DNA of 37,005 nt, from assembly GCA_007693605.1 (NCBI GenBank), contig REDG01000060.1, positions 1 to 37,005 of the forward strand. Reading direction: 5' to 3'. The stretch is from Bradymonadales bacterium. Lineage in GTDB: Bacteria; Bdellovibrionota; UBA2394. Numbering within the stretch: position 1 is the first letter of the stretch; every line of letters starts with the position of its first letter. Positions 1 to 8,337 of this stretch are shown piece by piece. The position numbers and the translations under genes are program-made. The notes below the pieces were generated by a model that was not told where the DNA came from, searched no databases, and saw nothing but the letters and a program-made list of their open reading frames with translations.

Positions 1-96
1 TCTCACAATCAAAACTTCCACGCCTCCTCTGTCAGTTATGTCTCCCTGCGCTAGATCATCCACTATGACTTTTTTGCGCAGTATTGGGGTGTCCAT
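1..96 (-). CDS. 5' part of a hypothetical protein running off the window (MDTPILRKKVIVDDLAQGDITDRGGVEVLIVR...)
   Basis: ATG at 96-94 followed by 32 open codons to the window edge with protein-like composition. Not in the ORF track because it is truncated. Confidence 0.45.
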   Translation of the reverse strand, partial: MDTPILRKKVIVDDLAQGDITDRGGVEVLIVR

Positions 97-163
97 GTCC
101 CGCAGGTTCGGGTCAAACCCCCTAGAAGGCCCGAATTTGAGGCATAACAAGCCTTTTCGCCTA

Positions 164-179
164 TGGCACACTTTGTGCA
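164..179 (+). promoter_or_regulatory. candidate sigma54 (-24/-12) promoter
   Basis: TGGCACACTTTGTGCA: GG at 165-166 and GC at 177-178, separated by exactly 10 nt, just upstream of ATG codons at 193/202. Confidence 0.6.
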
Positions 180-192
180 TACCTTGTGGAGC

Positions 193-471
193 ATGTTGAA
201 GATGTTCCTTTGCAGTCTCATCGCTACGATCGGTCTCTCCTTGGCTCAGCCTTGCTTTAGTCGGGATCGTCCGGATCGAGATCAAACCCCCTCGAAGCTT
301 TCCCTTTCAAAGGTTTCTGAGGTGATCTCTTATGCGATTTCTGTAGGAATGGAGACCGATGCCACTGAGGTGGAGGACTCTGGCCCGAAAAGTTTCAACT
401 TCTTTCAAGCCCAGATCTTTGACTTCGTCGAGATTAACCAGCATTCCGTTTATCTGACGATGCGCTTCTAA
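193..471 (+). CDS. small secreted hypothetical protein
   Basis: Signal-peptide-like N-terminus (MLKMFLCSLIATIGLSLAQP) and C-terminal VYLTMRF. Start moved from 163 to 193 (or 202, which has GGAG upstream) because 163 lies inside the putative sigma54 promoter. Confidence 0.6.
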   Translation: MLKMFLCSLIATIGLSLAQPCFSRDRPDRDQTPSKLSLSKVSEVISYAISVGMETDATEVEDSGPKSFNFFQAQIFDFVEINQHSVYLTMRF

Positions 472-480
472 TTTTTTGAT

Positions 481-990
481 TTAAAAGCGTAAAAGACTCA
501 GCTCCAGCACAAGTTCTAGTTCAAAGCGATCATTCTCATTCTGGATGCTGCGGCCACCCAGATCAGCCCATATGGCCCACGACTCCCCCAAGCTTTGCCC
601 CAAGCCGATGCGGTATTGACCCAGAATCGAGTATTGCTTGGGTTGTCGAAGCACCCCAAAGCCAAAGGCAAAGCGAAAGCTCCGACTTCCAAAAAACTCG
701 TAAAAGGCCAGATTCAAAGCCAGACTTTGCCGCCGTTCAGATTCCTTTCTTAAGGGAAAGGAAAATCCGAACTCCAGTTCAGGAGTCATCAAGGAGCTCC
801 GATTTTTCTCAAGAAGATTCAATCGCAATTGAGGGCCGAGCTCTCGATCTCTGGAACTGCCGTTGTCTCGAAAGACGGAGCTTAGCTCAAGCCCCAACGC
901 CTGCGCAAAGCTGGGAATGGAAGCCGACAAGAGAATCAAGAGCAGCAATCTCATGGGCCCCAGCTTCTCAAGACTTTTACTGCGAATCAA
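481..990 (-). CDS. small outer-membrane beta-barrel-like protein
   Basis: Signal peptide (MRLLLLILLSASIPSFAQA, alternative start 954), alternating hydrophobic strands and C-terminal Phe (LELSLLRF). Overlaps the trmB stop by 4 bp. Confidence 0.65.
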   Translation of the reverse strand: MIRSKSLEKLGPMRLLLLILLSASIPSFAQALGLELSSVFRDNGSSRDRELGPQLRLNLLEKNRSSLMTPELEFGFSFPLRKESERRQSLALNLAFYEFFGSRSFRFAFGFGVLRQPKQYSILGQYRIGLGQSLGESWAIWADLGGRSIQNENDRFELELVLELSLLRF

Positions 991-1634
991 TGAGTCCTTC
1001 GAAATTCCACTGAGAAAACCCGTTGCCGCTTCTTTGAAAAGGTCTCTCGGAAAAGAGTGCTGGGCTCTGATTCAAAGCGATCTGAGCCTTGATAGATGGC
1101 AATTCCAAAGAGTCGATGACGGCTCTGAAGATCCTGAAGCAGCTTCCAGTAAGCGATCGCATCCGATCGGAAGCAGAAGCGCCCTCCCACCTGCAGCGTT
1201 CGAAAGACTTGAAAGAAAAACTCAGCGGTGATCATTCGGTTTTTAGCGTGGCGATCTTTCGGCCAGGGGTCGGGAAACTGAACCCAAAGCTCTGACCAGA
1301 ACTGATCAGGGGATTCTCGAAGGAAATCTCGAATGTCCATGTGTAGGCATCCGCCATGCGGAAAATCTGCCAACTTCTCTGAACTTCGAAATAGTCGCTT
1401 AAATCGAAGATCAATTCCCAGGCCAAATGTGGAAGGAGACTCCGAAAGGCGGCGCTCTAAGAAATGGCCATTACCACAGCCCAAATCCAGAATCCGTTTT
1501 CTGCAAAGCCGCGCTCTTTGAAAAGCAACGGCCGTCGTTCCAAAATTTTTTGGGTGTTCTTCAAAGGCTTTAATATAAGGGTTTTTCAAAGCGGCGACCG
1601 GGCTCGCTCCTTTGAGACTTAGCTGCATCGACAT
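987..1634 (-). CDS. trmB: tRNA (guanine-N7)-methyltransferase
   Basis: SAM motif LDLGCGNGHF and TrmB signature FPDPWPKDRHAKNRM. Confidence 0.92.
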   Translation of the reverse strand: MSMQLSLKGASPVAALKNPYIKAFEEHPKNFGTTAVAFQRARLCRKRILDLGCGNGHFLERRLSESPSTFGLGIDLRFKRLFRSSEKLADFPHGGCLHMDIRDFLRESPDQFWSELWVQFPDPWPKDRHAKNRMITAEFFFQVFRTLQVGGRFCFRSDAIAYWKLLQDLQSRHRLFGIAIYQGSDRFESEPSTLFRETFSKKRQRVFSVEFRRTH

Positions 1635-1638
1635 TCCC

Positions 1639-2397
1639 CTAACACTCCTGCAAGGGAAATCCTAGCTCTAAAGATTCCCCTAGAACTCGAAGCCCTTCCG
1701 CCTTCTCCACCGCAAGTATCACGCTTGAGCCTAGTTCAAAAGCTCCCAGCCTTTCTCCGACTTTCAATTGTTCTTTAAGAGGCCACCAGGGCCCATCTTT
1801 GGCGCACTCTCCAACCGCTGAGCGAATACGAGAGACGCCCATCGCCCCCACACACAACATCAAAACGCGACCATATTGAGGGTGTTGCCAGCGAAAGCTT
1901 AGCCGTTCGTTTTCGGCATAGAGTCTGTTCGACAGAAAGCGTCCCAAGCGATTGACGGGCAAGCTCCGACCACTCACTCGCATCACTTCCAGATGCTCAC
2001 CCGAGGCGGGCGAGTGAAACCAGTGATAGTGTTTGGGTGCTAAATAAAAATTCCAATAGAATCCCCCTTCCAGCTCTGAACACCATTCCGGCAACGATTT
2101 CCAATCGTAATCGATTCCCTTCAGGCTTAATCTTGAATCTTCCACCTTAGAGGGGCCCTCCAGCAAAAAACAATCAACCGGACAGATCAGGCTGGCCGTC
2201 CAGTTCGAGGGCAAAGGCTTGTCCCTCAAAAAGTATTCAGAAAGCTTGCGATGCTCTGGCAATACCGGATCAGAAATTCCGTATAGCCGTCGAAAAATTC
2301 CAATAAAAAGTTGATGAACAACTCCCCAAGGGCCGGAGGCTAAAATCCAAACCAATCGGTTAAAGGCGGGAGAAATAAGAATGAAAAAATACTTCAT
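1639..2397 (-). CDS. psd: phosphatidylserine decarboxylase proenzyme
   Basis: CPVDC (SPxDG-like), YLAPKHYHWFHSP, NER, VGAMGV and autocleavage motif FELGSSVI (LGST-like). Confidence 0.88.
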   Translation of the reverse strand: MKYFFILISPAFNRLVWILASGPWGVVHQLFIGIFRRLYGISDPVLPEHRKLSEYFLRDKPLPSNWTASLICPVDCFLLEGPSKVEDSRLSLKGIDYDWKSLPEWCSELEGGFYWNFYLAPKHYHWFHSPASGEHLEVMRVSGRSLPVNRLGRFLSNRLYAENERLSFRWQHPQYGRVLMLCVGAMGVSRIRSAVGECAKDGPWWPLKEQLKVGERLGAFELGSSVILAVEKAEGLRVLGESLELGFPLQEC

Positions 2398-3917
2398 GAG
2401 CTCGTCTGAATTTCATGCACCTTTAACAAATTAGTCGATCCGGGTTTTGCCACTGGAGTGCCAGAGAGCATGACAATTCGGCTGCCCTTCTTCCAAAGTC
2501 GATGCTTTCTAAGAACTTTCTTTGAAAGTCGAGGCATATCGTCGGTATGCTTCAATTGATCCGAAAGCGCAGGGGTCACACCCCAATTCAATGTGAGGCG
2601 GCGACAGATCTTTGGAAGGGGACTCAAGGCAAATATCTTGGGCTTTGGACGAAATTGAGAGACGATTCGGGGGGTTCGCCCCGATTGCGTAAAGGCAACA
2701 ATCGCTGAGGCCTCTAAGCTCTTGGTGCTTTGAACCGCAGCAGCGGTGACCGCTTTCGCCACCGTCGACTTCGCTTCTTTGAGGCGGGCGTTCTGAATCC
2801 GATCGTCATCCTTTGCAAACTCCTCAGTTCTCAACAGAATTCGACTCATGGTTTGAACGCTTTCGACAGGATATCTTCCGGTGGCGGTCTCGGCAGAGAG
2901 CATCACAGCGTCTGAGCCGTCCAACACAGCATTCGCGACATCCGAGGCTTCCGCTCGTGTGGGCCGAGGATTCCAAACCATACTTTCTAGCATCTGAGTC
3001 GCTGTAATCACGATTTTACCGGCGCGATTAGCCGATCGAATGATTTTCTTTTGTAGGGCGGGCACCTGCTCAAGGGGGCATTCGACCCCCAAATCTCCTC
3101 GCGCCACCATCACCCCGTCGGCGGCCTCCAGAATCTCTTCGAGGCAGTGCACCGCATGCTGAGTTTCAATCTTTGCGATCAGGGGAGGAATGTCTCTTGT
3201 GAGGCTCTTGAGATAGCGGCGAACTGCCATCACATCGGACCCATCTGACACAAAACTCAAAGCAATGAAATCAACCTGACTCTTAATCCCGAACTTCAAA
3301 TCGACCCGATCTTTCGGGGTGAGGCAAGAGACGGAAAGTCGAGTGTCCGGAAAGTTCATACCCTTATTGTTCTTCACCGGACCTCCAAAAACCACCTCCG
3401 TGCGAATCTCTCGTCCCTTCACAGAGTTCACTCGAAGCAAAATCAAGCCGTCATCAATCAAGATGCGATGTCCCACTTTGATTTCTTGATGAAGCTTCGA
3501 GTGAGAGCATGAAATTCTTGTTTCAGAGCCGAGACATTTTTCCGTCGTGATCGTCAGTTTTTGTCCGGCCTTTAAATGAACCTCGTCTGATTTTAGTTTT
3601 CCCAATCGAATCTTGGGGCCTTGAATGTCCTGAAGAATTCCGACAAATCGCCCAAGCTCCTCTGATACTTTTCGAACCATATTAATGTTTTCCGCGTGAA
3701 AGGCCTGATCGCCGTGCGAAAAGTTTAGTCTTGCCACATTCATGCCAGAGCGAATGAGCTGACGAATCTTATTGGGAGTCGAAGAGGCCGGCCCCAAGGT
3801 GCCAATGATCTTTGTTTTCTTTTTATCGACTTTCTGAGGGTCCAAGGGCCCAAAGCTTAAATCGATTTCTTCATAAAAGTTTGACTGAAACAAGCTCAGC
3901 TCCTCTCCAGCAGGCAA
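2394..3917 (-). CDS. pyk: pyruvate kinase
   Basis: KTKIIGTLGPAS, ARLNFSHG, DIQGPKIR, IAKIE, VMVARGDLGVE, TATQMLESM, PRPTRAEASDVANA. True start may be the TTG at 3893, which has GGAGAGGA upstream. Confidence 0.97.
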   Translation of the reverse strand: MPAGEELSLFQSNFYEEIDLSFGPLDPQKVDKKKTKIIGTLGPASSTPNKIRQLIRSGMNVARLNFSHGDQAFHAENINMVRKVSEELGRFVGILQDIQGPKIRLGKLKSDEVHLKAGQKLTITTEKCLGSETRISCSHSKLHQEIKVGHRILIDDGLILLRVNSVKGREIRTEVVFGGPVKNNKGMNFPDTRLSVSCLTPKDRVDLKFGIKSQVDFIALSFVSDGSDVMAVRRYLKSLTRDIPPLIAKIETQHAVHCLEEILEAADGVMVARGDLGVECPLEQVPALQKKIIRSANRAGKIVITATQMLESMVWNPRPTRAEASDVANAVLDGSDAVMLSAETATGRYPVESVQTMSRILLRTEEFAKDDDRIQNARLKEAKSTVAKAVTAAAVQSTKSLEASAIVAFTQSGRTPRIVSQFRPKPKIFALSPLPKICRRLTLNWGVTPALSDQLKHTDDMPRLSKKVLRKHRLWKKGSRIVMLSGTPVAKPGSTNLLKVHEIQTSS

Positions 3918-3962
3918 AGTTGAGACACGAAAAGATTAATCAATCAGATCCTCTTTCAAAAC

Positions 3963-4994
3963 TCAATAGGGGAGTGTCACAACAAAAACTCGCTCATGAT
4001 CGGGGCGCATCTTAGCCAAGAGACCTAGACTCTCTTCATCTAACTGGATGCTGTGAGCATCTCTTTGCTTCTTCTGACACAAGCCGCAAAAGAACTTTCC
4101 GCCAGATGTCCACCCCATGAGAGATCGAGTTCCTCCCGAGCGAGAAGCTTCTGAGCTGGCTCTCAGCGATTCCAGTCGTTTGATCAAGGTGATCTCTTTG
4201 AGTTTTGCCTCCAAGTGGGGTCCTCCATCAAAGGGGTCGACCGCATTCAAATAAGAAAAACCAATTCGCTCCAAAAGCACCTGCGCTGCTCGGGTGCTTT
4301 CGCCGGTCTTGCCAATCGCGGCCTGTGCTTTTTTAGAGAAGAGGCGAGTGTATACATCCTCTGATGGGAACAGATTTTTGATAAACTCCTTATCCACTCG
4401 AGATCTTCGGTCTGCCTCTTGATAATCAAGGCCCGTGAACCTTTGCCCAAAGGCCTCCCAGAGTTCACTCGTTCCATCGGGGTTGAAGGGGGGGAGAAGC
4501 TCTGCGATCACTCGCTCTTCAAAGCGCTCTGGAAACATTCCCATATAAATGAATCTTCCGTAAGACAGCAGCTTTCCCAAGGCTTTGGGTTTCGAGCGAA
4601 ACTTGGGGTTAAGAATGAGGCCCCCAATCTCTGTGGGTCCATCCTCATCAAACTCAAAGCGGAGCAGTTGGTGCTTTATCTCAATACCGCTGCCAGAATC
4701 CCTTTGCGTCTTTTCAATCACCTGAAGGTAGGTGTGTGGAGAATCAGCGGTTCCATGTTTCGCGAAAACGAGTGAGGCTCCCACACTGGCATTCTGCTCC
4801 AAATCTTCAAGAACAAAGAGGTAAACGGCCTTAGACTTGTCTTTCTCTTGCCCGGCAAAAGAAGCTTCTGAGTGCGAGATAAGGCTCAGCATTTCGCTTG
4901 GTTCTTGAGGGAGATTGCCGGCCGTCCCCAAAGATTTTGCGAGCTCCAAGAGGCTCTCTAGATCTCTTTGTTCCGCCGCTCGAACTACGAACAT
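3963..4994 (-). CDS. astA: arginine N-succinyltransferase (AstA family)
   Basis: MFVVRAAEQRDL, GPTEIGGLIL, GKLLSYGRF, VIAEL, FTGLDYQEAD, VDPFDGGPH are AstA-family motifs. Confidence 0.88.
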   Translation of the reverse strand: MFVVRAAEQRDLESLLELAKSLGTAGNLPQEPSEMLSLISHSEASFAGQEKDKSKAVYLFVLEDLEQNASVGASLVFAKHGTADSPHTYLQVIEKTQRDSGSGIEIKHQLLRFEFDEDGPTEIGGLILNPKFRSKPKALGKLLSYGRFIYMGMFPERFEERVIAELLPPFNPDGTSELWEAFGQRFTGLDYQEADRRSRVDKEFIKNLFPSEDVYTRLFSKKAQAAIGKTGESTRAAQVLLERIGFSYLNAVDPFDGGPHLEAKLKEITLIKRLESLRASSEASRSGGTRSLMGWTSGGKFFCGLCQKKQRDAHSIQLDEESLGLLAKMRPDHERVFVVTLPY

Positions 4995-6301
4995 AACTCC
5001 TCACAAACTTTTCGATAAAAACAGAAGGCCTTCTCCAACTCTCCAATCTCAATCGACTCATTGGGTTTGTGAATATTTCCATAAGATCGACCGGGCCCGT
5101 GAACGAACACCTGGGCTCCCAGACTCTGATAGAAATAGGCCTCATTGCTTCCAGATTTAGTGATCCAGTTCTGGTCGGGTCTTAGCAGCTTCTTGAGGGC
5201 CGAGCCAAACTCGCAGGCCTTCTCTTGGTAGGCAGCGGGCGCTGTCGAAGAGAGTTGGATTTCAGAACCGGACTCTTGTTGAAGCCAGTCGACCAGTTCG
5301 GTGATGTTCTGATTGGGCAGGTAGCGACATTCGAGCCCGATCTTAAGCAGCCCATCTTCAATCTCTAAGATTGTCCAGGTTGAGGTGGGCTGACTGGGTT
5401 CAAAGATATCCATACCGGGCAAGCTCGAAAGCCAAGTCTGAAATCGAGCATGAATCTGTCTCCACCGAATCAGAGTTGCGCGTGCTTCAGAATCAATCGT
5501 CTTCGTCCCAGCCTGCCACTCAAAGTATCCAGGAATCACATTGATGGCGACACTGCCCGAAGCCCCACCAATCGGGCGCGATGGCTTTTCGATCAAATGA
5601 TCCAGAGCCTTTTCGAGAGCGTTAACACCCTTATGAGGAGAGGATGAATGGGCAGATTGACCTTGAAAAACCATGGGCTTCTGAGGGCTTGAGACTTCTT
5701 CCCAAGAAAACCTTTTCTCTGCCTCAAAGGACAGAAAGCCCTTGTTCGCATAGCAAAGATTTCCTTCAGAAGGTTCTCCCACCAAGGCCCACTCCGGTCG
5801 GACGAAAGCCTTGTCGTGAATCTCTTTGGCTCCCTTCATTCCAACTTCTTCAGAGAAGCTTCCAACAAAATAGGGGAGTCTCTTGATGGATGCTCGATGG
5901 TCATCGAAGTTTAGAAGGGCCTTGATCTTGCAAATCGCATCCGATTTTACATCGGCCGCACCCAGGCCCACAATTTCTTTGGCGTCATGAATTTGAGCTT
6001 GGTAGGGTCCAGACCGCGTCCAATCATTCAAGCGTCCCGGGGGCACGGTGTCCAAGTGAGTGTGTAGAGCCAGTCCGCCTGTCTCAGGAAAGTCGCAGCC
6101 TTTGGGCCACAAAAAAAGAGTTTCATCCACAGAGTCTGGCGCCTTGGGGATGACTTTGGATTCTAGTTTACCCTGGGTCCACTCCAGCAGACTTCGTACG
6201 ACTTCACGATTTCCCAAATGCTTGTCGGAATCACTCGATGAGCAAGAAGCAATACGAAGGACTCTTTGAACCTGTTCTATGATCTCATTTAACTCACTCA
6301 C
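4985..6301 (-). CDS. M20 family metallo-amidohydrolase (ArgE/DapE-like)
   Basis: HTHLDTVPPG, GLGAADVKS, SEEVG, VGEPS, GQSAHSS..GVNA and HKPNE metal-binding motifs. Confidence 0.88.
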   Translation of the reverse strand: MSELNEIIEQVQRVLRIASCSSSDSDKHLGNREVVRSLLEWTQGKLESKVIPKAPDSVDETLFLWPKGCDFPETGGLALHTHLDTVPPGRLNDWTRSGPYQAQIHDAKEIVGLGAADVKSDAICKIKALLNFDDHRASIKRLPYFVGSFSEEVGMKGAKEIHDKAFVRPEWALVGEPSEGNLCYANKGFLSFEAEKRFSWEEVSSPQKPMVFQGQSAHSSSPHKGVNALEKALDHLIEKPSRPIGGASGSVAINVIPGYFEWQAGTKTIDSEARATLIRWRQIHARFQTWLSSLPGMDIFEPSQPTSTWTILEIEDGLLKIGLECRYLPNQNITELVDWLQQESGSEIQLSSTAPAAYQEKACEFGSALKKLLRPDQNWITKSGSNEAYFYQSLGAQVFVHGPGRSYGNIHKPNESIEIGELEKAFCFYRKVCEELCS

Positions 6302-8187
6302 ACAAGAACCTTTCGAATTGCCTCTAGGCTTTGACTGTTTTCTGCGACATCTTCGCTGATGGGTTCACCCAGTCGGATCTTGCGAATGAGGGATCTCAAG
6401 ATTTTTCCTGAGCGAGTTTTCGGTAGAGCCTCAACGAAGTACAGACTCTCCGCGCCGAGGGACTTTCCCATTCGTTGAATGATTCGCTTTTTAAGCTCCG
6501 CTTCCACTTTTTCCTTTTCTGTAAGACTCGACTTCAGAACTACAAAGCAATGAACTCCCTCGCCCTTAATGGGATGGGGAATGCCCACCGCCGCCACTTC
6601 AGCGACTCGAGGGTCTTCCATCAGGGCAGATTCATATTCGTTCGGGCCCACCCGTTTGCCTGCAACCTTGATGGTGTCGTCACTTCGCCCCTTTAGAAAC
6701 CACTGTCCGTCAGAGTCAATATAGGCCCAATCTCCGTGATACCAAACTTTGTTTCCAAACCTTTCAAAATAAGTCTGAAGGTAGCGGTCTTTGGATCCTA
6801 AAAAGGCCTTCGTCATCGACGGAAGAGGGGCCAGACAGACCAAGTGTCCAATGCCTTCTGAGACGGCCGTTCCCTCTTCCGACCAAGCCGCAATCTTTAC
6901 GCCTAAGGCGGGGCCTCCAAGCGAGCTGGGCTTTAAGGCTTGCAACAGACTGGGCGCCAGCAGACAGCCCATGATTTCTGTACCTCCAGAGATGTTTATC
7001 ACCGGGCATTTCTTCTTTCCGACCCGTTCAAAGTACCACTGCCAACTCTCATCGTCCCAGGGCTCTCCTGTTGAGCCAAGAATGCGGAGATGAGGAAGAT
7101 CAAGCTGATCGATCAAGGGGTTCCCTTCCTTTTTGAGCACCCGAATGGCTGTAGGAGAGATCCCGAATTGAGTCACATTCGCGTCCTCAAGAATCCGCCA
7201 GATTCGATTGGGATCAGGATAGTCTGGCACTCCCTCGTACAATACGACGCTTGCAGCAAACTGAAGGGCACCACAAAGCTCCCAAGGCCCCATCATCCAT
7301 CCGATATCGGTGTACCAGAAGAAGCGGTCGGATCGACGAACATCGAAATGAAATCGATGCTCCTTTCCTGTGGTGGCCAAAACTCCGAAGTTGGTGTGCA
7401 CACAGGCTTTGGGTTCCCCCGTGGTTCCAGAAGTATACAAGAAGAGGCAAGGCTCTTCGGCTTCAAACGAATGAGGTGGGATGATCTCTTGCTTGGCATG
7501 ACCGCGAAGAAAATCTTCCCTTTCTAAGATAAAATGCTTTTTCAGTTGGGGGCAGGCGGGCCGAATTTCTTTTTCAAAGCTTTCTAGAATCGGAAGCTCC
7601 TTGCCTTTGCGCGTTGTTTTCTTCTGCAGAAAAACAAACTTCGCCTCAGACTGTTGGAGTCGAGCGATCACTGCCTCAGCTCCATAGCCCGAGAAAATCG
7701 GAATCAGGCTCAAGCCCGCTCTCAAGACTCCAAAAAAGCAGGCGACCATCTCAAGACTCATCGGCATGAGAAGAGCCACCCGATCCCCCGGCTGGGCAGC
7801 AGAGTCTTGCAAAAGCTTACAAATATAACTCGATTCTCTCGCGAGGTCTTCGAAGCTCCACTCCACTGCAGGACCTTCTTCGTCAGGGTAGAATCTCAGC
7901 GCCGTTTCTTTGGCCAATGTCGGTAGGTGTCGATCAATGCAGTTGCGCACAATGGAAATTTTTGCGCCTCTCGCCCACTCTGGAAAGGCGAGGTCGCCGG
8001 CCAAGAGTTTCGTATAGGTTTGATCAAATTCTAGATCAATTTCTTTCAAGCATTCTGCCCAGAACCAAGCGGGTTCTTGTTCGGATCGGGCTTGAAGCTC
8101 GGCATAAGAGAGCCCCAGCCTCTTCAGGAAGCTGACCAAATGAGATTCCTGAATCCACGGCGCTTTAGGCTGATAAACAAAGCTCAT
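6298..8187 (-). CDS. AMP-forming acyl-CoA synthetase (acetate--CoA ligase-like)
   Basis: P-loop YTSGTTGEPK, DIGWMMG, STGEPW, SGGTE, WYHGD, GRSDDTIKVAGKRVG and PKTRSGKILR. Confidence 0.92.
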   Translation of the reverse strand: MSFVYQPKAPWIQESHLVSFLKRLGLSYAELQARSEQEPAWFWAECLKEIDLEFDQTYTKLLAGDLAFPEWARGAKISIVRNCIDRHLPTLAKETALRFYPDEEGPAVEWSFEDLARESSYICKLLQDSAAQPGDRVALLMPMSLEMVACFFGVLRAGLSLIPIFSGYGAEAVIARLQQSEAKFVFLQKKTTRKGKELPILESFEKEIRPACPQLKKHFILEREDFLRGHAKQEIIPPHSFEAEEPCLFLYTSGTTGEPKACVHTNFGVLATTGKEHRFHFDVRRSDRFFWYTDIGWMMGPWELCGALQFAASVVLYEGVPDYPDPNRIWRILEDANVTQFGISPTAIRVLKKEGNPLIDQLDLPHLRILGSTGEPWDDESWQWYFERVGKKKCPVINISGGTEIMGCLLAPSLLQALKPSSLGGPALGVKIAAWSEEGTAVSEGIGHLVCLAPLPSMTKAFLGSKDRYLQTYFERFGNKVWYHGDWAYIDSDGQWFLKGRSDDTIKVAGKRVGPNEYESALMEDPRVAEVAAVGIPHPIKGEGVHCFVVLKSSLTEKEKVEAELKKRIIQRMGKSLGAESLYFVEALPKTRSGKILRSLIRKIRLGEPISEDVAENSQSLEAIRKVLV

Positions 8188-8288
8188 AAACTACGAGGCC
8201 TAGCTTAAGGAATTTGCTGAGAACTACGAAGTGCTTTTCATAGCTCTTTCTAGAAGGCCTTCAGAATCCAAAATTAGGGGCTTTCGCT

Positions 8289-8304
8289 TGGCCTAAGCCT
8301 TGCA
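8289..8304 (+). promoter_or_regulatory. candidate sigma54 (-24/-12) promoter
   Basis: TGGCCTAAGCCTTGCA: GG at 8290-8291, 10-nt spacer, GC at 8302-8303, about 35 bp upstream of the ATG at 8338. Confidence 0.6.
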
Positions 8305-8337
8305 AGCTTTATTTGCAGTGCTGAGGGCCTAGAGAGT

